From assembly GCA_964016885.1 (NCBI GenBank), contig OZ024740.1, positions 330,770,001 to 330,834,000 on the forward strand: a stretch of DNA of 64,000 nt, given 5' to 3'. The position numbers and the translations under genes are program-made. Positions 56,311 through 64,000 of the stretch are shown here, one piece after another (positions within the stretch are counted from its first letter, which is position 1; every line of letters begins with the position of its first letter). This DNA is from Eledone cirrhosa (Eukaryota). The notes under the pieces were generated by a model that did not search any database, was not told the origin of the DNA, and saw only the letters and a program-made list of their open reading frames with translations.

Positions 56311-56580
56311 AGTAATGGGTAAAGACCATTTCGGCCATTAATGACCATGGGATTCACCTAGAAAGTTTCCCTCAGAGACAGAAGTCCGAGTGAGCCAGTT
56401 TGTGGAAGACCATCATTTGCCCATTAGTACCAGTCTCCCCTTTCCATGCCATCAATGTTACCTAAGGAAAAGGCGAAACGCTGATATAGCTTGGCACCAG
56501 TGACGTTGCAGCACATTTCTAAAGCTGAGTAAACTTGAACAACGTGAAATAAAGTATCTTTTTCCAGAACACAACGCAAG
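56308..56580 (-). mobile_element. Octopod SINE-like repeat (longer copy)
   Basis: ggtaaagacc...cttggcaccagtgacgttgc...caacgtgaaataaagt...gaacacaacgc. Confidence 0.65.
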
Positions 56581-57011
56581 TGTGTGTATGTGGTGGGTGG
56601 GCGTGTGTGTATTCCGTAACAAAGATCATTGCCTCAAATATAATTCATGAAACTAATGAAATTTACTTAAGAAATGAAATTCTTCAGATTTCCCTAGAAG
56701 AATATCATTCCTAGATATAGTAGATATAGAGAGTAGCTTGCATCATCTTCACCTATGTGACGATTTTTTGCAATATATTTGTGTAAGGAAGTGAAAGGAA
56801 ATCTTGAGATTAGAACCTAACATCATACTAGTGGAGAAATAATTGTTGCGGCAACTCCTTTGTTGCGAATTGATTTGAACAGTTTTTTTTTTTCTCAAAC
56901 ATATGTGTGGTACCATCCGTCTCATTAATTCCATTAGTACTTTTTAATTTAATAGTGACCGACAGTGTTGAAAATTCCGTCAAGAAAGAGATAAAAAAGA
57001 AAGAAAGAATG

Positions 57012-57055
<44 letters not shown>

Positions 57056-57059
<4 letters not shown>

Positions 57060-57313
57060 AAGTGTTAAAATGATCAAATTTTAGTTTAGAACATTTATTA
57101 GCTGACAATTGTTTCTTCCAGAGGGAAGTCTGGTATCATCGGAGCGCATAAGGAATGTACATAATTATGTACCCTAAACGTTCTAAATGACTGGGATTTT
57201 AGTTACATGTTTCGACATTCCTTATGCTCCGATGAACCAGACTTCCATCTGTTAAAAACAATTGTCAGCTAATAAATGTTCTAAACTAAAATTTGATCGT
57301 TTTAACACTTTGT
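57056..57313. mobile_element. Short inverted pseudo-LTR-like pair next to (TA)n
   Basis: 57056-57158 is the reverse complement of 57215-57313. Confidence 0.8.
57101..57145 (-). ncRNA. Type-I hammerhead, U4C core variant
   Basis: GCT-CCGATGA-taCCAGA cttccc TCTGGaa-GAAA-CAATTG-TC-AGC. Confidence 0.7.
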
Positions 57314-57440
57314 ATCTCGGCATTGTATAAACTTGAAAATTTGCATTGAGCCTTTTGGCATACCGGTAACCGGCTAGTACTTAATACAACCCTACATATT
57401 TATAATTATATCAAACATAGATAAATATAAATATTATTAT

Positions 57441-57515
<75 letters not shown>

Positions 57516-58014
57516 GAGAGATAGAGAGAGAGAGAGGGGGTGAGAGGAGAGGGTGAGAGAGAAGCAGAGAAACAGGGAAACAGAGAGAGATGTAAAGAAA
57601 GAGAGATAGAGTACTAGTTAGGTTTACATTAAATAAGATTTTTGCCAACATGTTAATGTCTAAATAGATTTTTCATTTCGTCTTAAAGTTGGAAGGAGGC
57701 TACCCTGAACTAACTTAATGTTAACTATTGAGGTATTGGTATGAACCTTTCTGCCGTACATTGCTGAATAAATAATATGTAAAACCTTAATAATTCTGGT
57801 AATATGTTTCAATTCTAAATTAGAAACGTATGTGTAGTATCTCTGCTGATATACTAGTGATACTAGTGTAGTATCTTTGCTGATATCTAACTAGATTCTG
57901 AAATTTCATGAGATTGGTTGATCTTTCACATTTATATATTTGCACGTTCATTTATTGCAAAATGGAATTAAGCCTTACTCGCATCAATGAATTTCATAAA
58001 TATAAACTATAGTT

Positions 58015-58044
58015 TTCTTCTTCTTCTTCTTCTTCTTCTTCTTC

Positions 58045-58076
<32 letters not shown>

Positions 58077-58102
58077 CTTCTTCTTCTTCTTCTTCTTCTT
58101 CT

Positions 58103-58148
<46 letters not shown>

Positions 58149-58229
58149 TTTCTTCTTCTTCTTCTTCTTCTTCTTCTTCTTCTTCTTCTTCTTCTTCTTC
58201 TTCTTCTTCTTCTTCTTCTTCTTCTTCTT
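58015..58229. repeat. Compound (TTC)n(GTC)n(TTC)n microsatellite
   Basis: Direct reading. Confidence 0.97.
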
Positions 58230-59082
58230 TCTCAAATCTAAGTGGTTCATGTGAGCTTAGGCAATTCCACACTAACTTACTATCTTATGAGAGAAAGCCG
58301 TCTCCCAAATCACTCTGGCAGATTTCCTGTATTTATTGTTGTGACTGAGTTTAGGAGATCAGCAATGTATTCCCGAAATCTCATCAGGATGCTCTTCTCT
58401 AAGGAGAGAAGAAAACCAGAAGCGTTCCTTTCTGTATGATAGGAGGGGAATGTCTTATTACGAAGGTCTCCCCAAATATATTTGTTGCTCTAAATCGGCT
58501 TTCATCTAACTCGCAATTTTCCTCCGAGATCATAATTTTGGATGATTTTACTGTATCTGCTGTGACATTTCGTGCCTGCTTTTACTGTAAGTGCAAGAAC
58601 GGCTTATTTCCAAGCAAAGCTTTGTAAACCCCCTTCTCCGTTCAGACGGCATATTTGACCTCATGATTGAACTATAGTGTCTTCCTGTAATTGACGTTAT
58701 AGCAAGTCGTATTCAACCCCAGGATTTTACAATTAAAACAGAAATCGCCAAGCTGAGCAGTCACCGTGCCTTTTCCATTTCCAGGTTTTCTTGGAGAGTT
58801 CGCTGAATTGGGGTGCAGGGGCCAAATCCTCGTTCTCAATGGGGTCCAGCGAATTCCGAACAACGGACACATTATGGACACATTCCGAAAACAATCCGAC
58901 AGACGGACACTTGGGTGTATCACTATTGCTGCCTGTGCAGCTATTTCTGGCACCATGGGAATAGTGGAATTTTTATCCTCCATCAAAATCTACAATAGCA
59001 AAGCCTCGAATTTCTTTTTTGCTTTTGAAGAACCCCGATTATATCTACCACTTATAAGCGGAATGCAATGATGATGATGATG

Positions 59083-59119
<37 letters not shown>

Positions 59120-59285
59120 GGGAAGAAGACGCACGAGGTGACGGAGGTCATGAAATCGCTCCCGTAAGTTTTGAATTTTTAACATATTTAAATCATTTGT
59201 GAAATAACAACTCTTAGTACAAATGCTACGTAAAGCACCCGGCTTGAGCCCAAAAAAAATTCGGACCCAAAATATATTGTTATAA

Positions 59286-59925
59286 GGCTCAAATATTCAA
59301 ATATTCAACTTTGTATTGTACACTGTATATCCAAAAAAAAAATGGCTATAAATGGAAGAAGAAGAACCCCCCCCTCCTCTCCTCTGGCTACACTATATAG
59401 GACAGCTAAACTCACCAACACCAGAAACTAGATACACCACCCACCCCATCATCTGTGTACACTAAACACAACAGCATTTTCACCTTCACCGCCACCGCTC
59501 ACTACGGCCATCATTACCACCACTATCCCATCACCGCCGTCACCACCCCTTGACTCCTTCACTGCTGCTGCCACCGCTACAGCACCATCACTACAGTAAT
59601 ACGGCTCAAATATTCAAATATTCAACTTTGTATTGTACGCTGTATATCCAAAAAAAAAATAAAATGGCTATAAATGGAAGAAGAAGAACCCCCCCTCCTC
59701 TCCTCTGGCTACACTATATAGGACAGCGAAACTCACCAACACCAGAAACTAGATACACCACCCACCCCATCATCTGTGTACACTAAACACAACAGCATTT
59801 TCACCTTCACCGCCACCGCTCACTACGGCCATCATTACCACCACTATCCCATCACCGCCGCCACCACCCCTTGACTCCTTCACTGCTGCTGCCACCGCTA
59901 CAGCACCATCACTACAGTAATACGG
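59286..59925 (+). repeat. Tandem duplication (~320 bp unit) in the Dong 5' UTR
   Basis: 59286-59602 is near identical to 59603-59923. Confidence 0.92.
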
Positions 59926-60498
59926 TCGCATCACCGCCACCACTGCCTCGGTATCGACATCACCACCACCACTGTCTCAGTATCGCCAACGCCGCCAGTC
60001 TCTGCTGGCTGCCACTTCCACATTATAGAATTCCTACTACTAACAAAGAGGAAGGCATCAAAATATATAGATAGACTCAAAAGAAAAAAGAAAAAACAAA
60101 CAACAAAAGCAGCACACTAACAACAGCAAAAAACGAGAAAGACAAACAGAGAAAAACAAAAACAAAAAAAGACACCCCAAAAACGTAAAGAAAATAAGAA
60201 TGAAGAGAGAAGCAGGCGGACGGACAGAGAAGAGGGGGGAAAAAGTAAAACTTAAAAAACAAAAACTAAGTCAGACATTCGAATACTACATTACAATGAA
60301 ACTTATGCTCATTCATTTTTGGGGCCCTTTCTGCCCGTGTGTTTGTTTGTTTATGTGTGTCCGTATACAGCGTGGTGATAATGCCACACAAGGGCCAAGT
60401 GGGATGGCGGATCCACAGATGGCTATGTAAACATACATTCGCCAATCCTCGATAAGAGTGTTTAAATATCGAACATAAACAGTTCGAATAACGGTGAA

Positions 60499-63400
60499 AT
60501 GGAGACTAGAACGTCATGTGACAGACTCTCACCCAACAGGTGCCCCCTGGCTCAGCAGCAGGAACCTGACTGTCAACCAAATACTGCTGATGTTGGAGGA
60601 AGAAGAAGAAGGAAAGGGGCCAGAACCAACTGGACGAAAGAATTGAATAGAACTGTTATGCAATGCTACCTGAAAAGTAACCCCAAGGAGAGGGGCTACA
60701 GGAGACGGATGCATAACATCTGGAACGAGAATGGTTTATTTAAATTAGATGAACAAAAATTGGCCGGGCAGGCTCGGGTAATAAGAACTAATGGGTGGAT
60801 AAGCGAGCTGGAACTGGAGGAACTGAGCAGAGAGAATGGCTTGGAGATGGCGGGTGTAGTATGCCAGACAAGCGAGCCGGCGGGAAATGAAGGTGAGGAG
60901 GTCCTGAGAACGGAGGAACCACCCGAAGCAGACAATGATCTGAATACTGAGATAAATAATACCTGGAACAGAGATACGGCCACTGAGGAGATGAATGCTG
61001 ACGGGCTAGGACAAGATTCGGTTGACATCCTAAATTTAGTGGTAGATGAGTTGAACAATGATAGTGGGAGACCTATGAACCTAAGATTTGTAGACAGGAA
61101 AAAGTTAAAAGAAACAACAGCTAAGGTAAACAAAGTCATCCCATACCTTGAGGCGAGGAGTCTTCACCAGTGCAACAATATCCTCAAAGCAACAGCAAAT
61201 ACGGTGAGGAAACTACTTGGTATAAAAGCGAGAGGAAACAACAGACAAGAAAGAGCAGAGCCGTGGTGGAAGAAGCGACTGAGTGGGCAAATCGAGGAAA
61301 TGAGAAATGACATAGGAAAGCTTGAGTCACTACTGAATGGGACACTAAAAAACATAGGCACTAAAAATAGACTGGAAATAAAATACAAAACTAGGAGTAA
61401 AAAGCTAAATATTATCATAGAGGAATTGAAGCAACGCATTGTAGCAAAGAGTGCCAAAATCAGGCGATACGAGAACAGAGTCAGTCAGTATAAACAGAAC
61501 CGCATGTTCGACAACAACCAGAAGATGCTGTTTGGACAGCTTGAGGGGAAAGAAAGAGGCAACGACTTGATCCCTGGGGCGGAACAAGCTAAAACATTCT
61601 GGAGAGGAATATGGGAGCAGGATGTTAGACACAATGCCCAGGCAGGGTGGATTGAGACAGTACAGAGGGAGATCGGTGAGCAGGCACAGCAACAGACTGA
61701 TTTGAGTATCACAGTTGAAACTCTTAAGGGGCAAGCCAAAAAACTAACCAACTGGAAATCACCAGGCCCAGATGGTGTGCAGGGGTATTGGATTAAACAT
61801 TTAACATCCCTCCACCCGAAGCTGACGGCCATGTTCAATGACTGCTTGGTGTCGGGTGAGGTGCCAGAGTGGTTGACAAAACGTACCACAGTTCTGATAA
61901 TGAAAGACCGAATCAAGGGTAATGATGTTACGAACTATAGACCTATCACATGTCTGCCCGTAATGTGGAAACTGTTGACGAGCATTGTGTCTGAGGAAAT
62001 CTACCATCACCTCCACACAAACAACTTGTTGCCGGACGAACAGAAAGGATGCCGAAAGAAGTCACGTGGTACAAAGGACCAGTTGCTTATTGATAAGATG
62101 GTAATGGGGAATTGCAGGAGGAGACACACTGATCTTGCCATGGGATGGATAGACTACAGAAAGGCATTTGACATGGTGCCTCATTCCTGGATCACCAAAA
62201 GCCTGGAGATCTTCAGGGTGGCAGATAACATCAGACAGTTGCTGGGCAGGAGTATGGGGTCCTGGGAGACAGAGTTGACATCAACTGGAGTATCCTTGGG
62301 AAGCGTGAAGATCAAGAGAGGTATCTTCCAGGGAGATAGCCTGTCCCCCCTGTTGTTTGTCCTTGCCCTGATGCCCTTGACCATTATGCTGCGAAAAGTG
62401 AGAGCAGGATACAAGTTGGGAAGGGGAGAGCTTACCATCAATCACCTCCTCTTCATGGACGATCTTAAGCTCTTCGGGAAAAGTGAGAAGGAGTTGGATG
62501 TGCTTGTTGACACTGTCCGTATTTTCAGCAGTGATATATGTATGCAGATTGGTATTGGTAAATGTGGAGTCATTGTGATGAGGAGGGGTAGGTTGAGCAG
62601 AAGTAACGGGATCCAGATACCAACAGGTGAGATGATAAAGGAAATTGACTCTGAGGAAGGATACAAGTATTTGGGCGTTCTGGAGGCTGATGGCATAAAG
62701 AACAAAAAAATGAAGGAATTGTTAAGAACTGAATACATTCGGAGAGTAAGGAGCGTATTGAAGTCACATCTGAACAGCAGAAATGCCATAAGCGCAGTAA
62801 ATTCCCGAGCTGTGTCTATTATTAGGTACAGTGCGGGAATTCTGAGATGGAATGTTGCTGAACCAAAAGAAATGGATAGGAAGACTAGGAAGCTATTGAC
62901 TATCTACAACATGTTCCACAAGAGGAGTGATGTCGATAGACTCTACCTAAGGAGATCTGAGGGTGGAAGAGGTCTTATCAGCATAGAGGACTGTGTTCAG
63001 ATGGAGAAAAACAACCTATACAAATACGTGACCTATAGTAAGGAGCCAATGCTCAGAGCTGTACTGAAGGAGGGGACAGTAGGCCAGGGGATATCCAAGG
63101 AGGAAATAACATCAAGGAGAAAGAGCAGCCTTAAGGGAAAATCCCTTCATAGTACCTTCTTTGAGAAAACTGAATTTAGAGATCCACAGACATGGAACTG
63201 GTTGAGAAGAGGAGACCTCAAAAAGGCTACAGAAGGAATGCTAATGGCTGCGCAGGAGCAGGCCCTCAAAACGAAGTGGTTGAAGCACCATATCTACAAG
63301 GAGGAGGCTAGCCCACTGTGCAGGATCTGTGGAGAGAGAGAGGAGACTGTGGCTCACATTGTGTCCGAGTGTAAACACCTAGCCCAGACCCACTATAAGG

Positions 63401-63891
63401 GCTGGAGACACGATGTGATGGGCAGGGTGATCCACTGGCACTTGTGCAAAGTAAACAATCTACCACATTCTGAGAAATGGTATGAGCATAGGCCAGAGGC
63501 GGTGATGGAGAACAGTCAGGTGAAGGTGCTGTGGGATTTTAGGATACAGACGGACAAAAAACTGGAACACAATAGACCTGACCTGGTGGTTGTGGACAAA
63601 GAAAAAAGATCGTGCCTGATTGTGGATGTGGCCTGCCCGTTCGACACGAGAGTGCAAGAGAAGGAGAGGGAGAAAATTAACCGATACCAGGACCTAAAGT
63701 GGGAGGTGAAAAGGATTTGGAACTGCCATGAAGTCAAAGTGATCCCGATTGTCATAGGCGCACTGGGGACTATCTCCAAAGGTTTCCAGGGATGGTTAAA
63801 GAAAATCGGCCCCTTCACGCTTTTTGGAACGCTTCAAAAGGCATGCTTGCTTGGAACGGCAAGAACCCTCCGATACGTCCTGAATATCTGA
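60499..63891 (+). CDS. R4/Dong polyprotein: RT, CCHC zinc knuckle, restriction-like endonuclease (1130 aa)
   Basis: NWKSPGPDG, YRPITCL, IDYRKAFD, RGIFQGDSLSP, LLFMDDLKL, CRICGEREETVAHIVSEC, RPDLVVVD...IVDVACP...K. Confidence 0.97.
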   Translation: METRTSCDRLSPNRCPLAQQQEPDCQPNTADVGGRRRRKGARTNWTKELNRTVMQCYLKSNPKERGYRRRMHNIWNENGLFKLDEQKLAGQARVIRTNGWISELELEELSRENGLEMAGVVCQTSEPAGNEGEEVLRTEEPPEADNDLNTEINNTWNRDTATEEMNADGLGQDSVDILNLVVDELNNDSGRPMNLRFVDRKKLKETTAKVNKVIPYLEARSLHQCNNILKATANTVRKLLGIKARGNNRQERAEPWWKKRLSGQIEEMRNDIGKLESLLNGTLKNIGTKNRLEIKYKTRSKKLNIIIEELKQRIVAKSAKIRRYENRVSQYKQNRMFDNNQKMLFGQLEGKERGNDLIPGAEQAKTFWRGIWEQDVRHNAQAGWIETVQREIGEQAQQQTDLSITVETLKGQAKKLTNWKSPGPDGVQGYWIKHLTSLHPKLTAMFNDCLVSGEVPEWLTKRTTVLIMKDRIKGNDVTNYRPITCLPVMWKLLTSIVSEEIYHHLHTNNLLPDEQKGCRKKSRGTKDQLLIDKMVMGNCRRRHTDLAMGWIDYRKAFDMVPHSWITKSLEIFRVADNIRQLLGRSMGSWETELTSTGVSLGSVKIKRGIFQGDSLSPLLFVLALMPLTIMLRKVRAGYKLGRGELTINHLLFMDDLKLFGKSEKELDVLVDTVRIFSSDICMQIGIGKCGVIVMRRGRLSRSNGIQIPTGEMIKEIDSEEGYKYLGVLEADGIKNKKMKELLRTEYIRRVRSVLKSHLNSRNAISAVNSRAVSIIRYSAGILRWNVAEPKEMDRKTRKLLTIYNMFHKRSDVDRLYLRRSEGGRGLISIEDCVQMEKNNLYKYVTYSKEPMLRAVLKEGTVGQGISKEEITSRRKSSLKGKSLHSTFFEKTEFRDPQTWNWLRRGDLKKATEGMLMAAQEQALKTKWLKHHIYKEEASPLCRICGEREETVAHIVSECKHLAQTHYKGWRHDVMGRVIHWHLCKVNNLPHSEKWYEHRPEAVMENSQVKVLWDFRIQTDKKLEHNRPDLVVVDKEKRSCLIVDVACPFDTRVQEKEREKINRYQDLKWEVKRIWNCHEVKVIPIVIGALGTISKGFQGWLKKIGPFTLFGTLQKACLLGTARTLRYVLNI

Positions 63892-64000
63892 GGCTGCAGG
63901 TAGTGGCTTGATATTCAATCCAACGGACTTTCCAGTTAACCAACATCAATGACTGAGATTCAAGGAATGGCGGTAACAATAATAATAATAATAATAATAA

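Larger units (their letters stand above)
59118..63977 (+). mobile_element. Apparently full-length R4/Dong-clade RLE non-LTR retrotransposon inserted in (AAT)n
   Basis: (AAT)n at ~59084-59116 and 63978-64000; single ORF; 86 bp 3' UTR. Confidence 0.9.

Noticed and set aside
57987-58272. Poly-E/D, poly-L/R and poly-K/T ORFs
   Set aside because: Trinucleotide microsatellite with no flanking coding evidence
59118-59170. HDV-like ribozyme at the Dong 5' end
   Set aside because: Could not build the nested double pseudoknot by eye

Overview
AT-rich, microsatellite-dense eukaryotic window with no recognisable host gene. The SINE content suggests an octopod cephalopod (inference). It is dominated by Penelope-like elements (PLEs), several of Naiad type (CxCx5C linker between RT and GIY-YIG). 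One near-intact Naiad insertion lies at 19231-25614: a full unit, a partial tandem copy and an inverted copy. Many PLE-like termini abut (TA)n tracts. I read more than 20 type-I hammerhead ribozyme (HHR) motifs from about 10 sequence families, including U3-A8 and U4C core variants, long stem-II forms, and non-coding retrozyme-like units. Top observation: two divergent Naiad families carry an in-frame TGA exactly at the first Cys of the CxCx5C motif. A weak SECIS-like hairpin follows the true stop of the intact copy, suggesting selenoprotein-encoding retroelements; however, the adjacent tandem copy has TGT at that codon. Also present: an intact R4/Dong RLE retrotransposon in (AAT)n, a deleted mariner, Helentron-like non-autonomous elements, SINEs, a ~6.6 kb tandem duplication and a local inversion-duplication. 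All structures were folded and aligned by eye.
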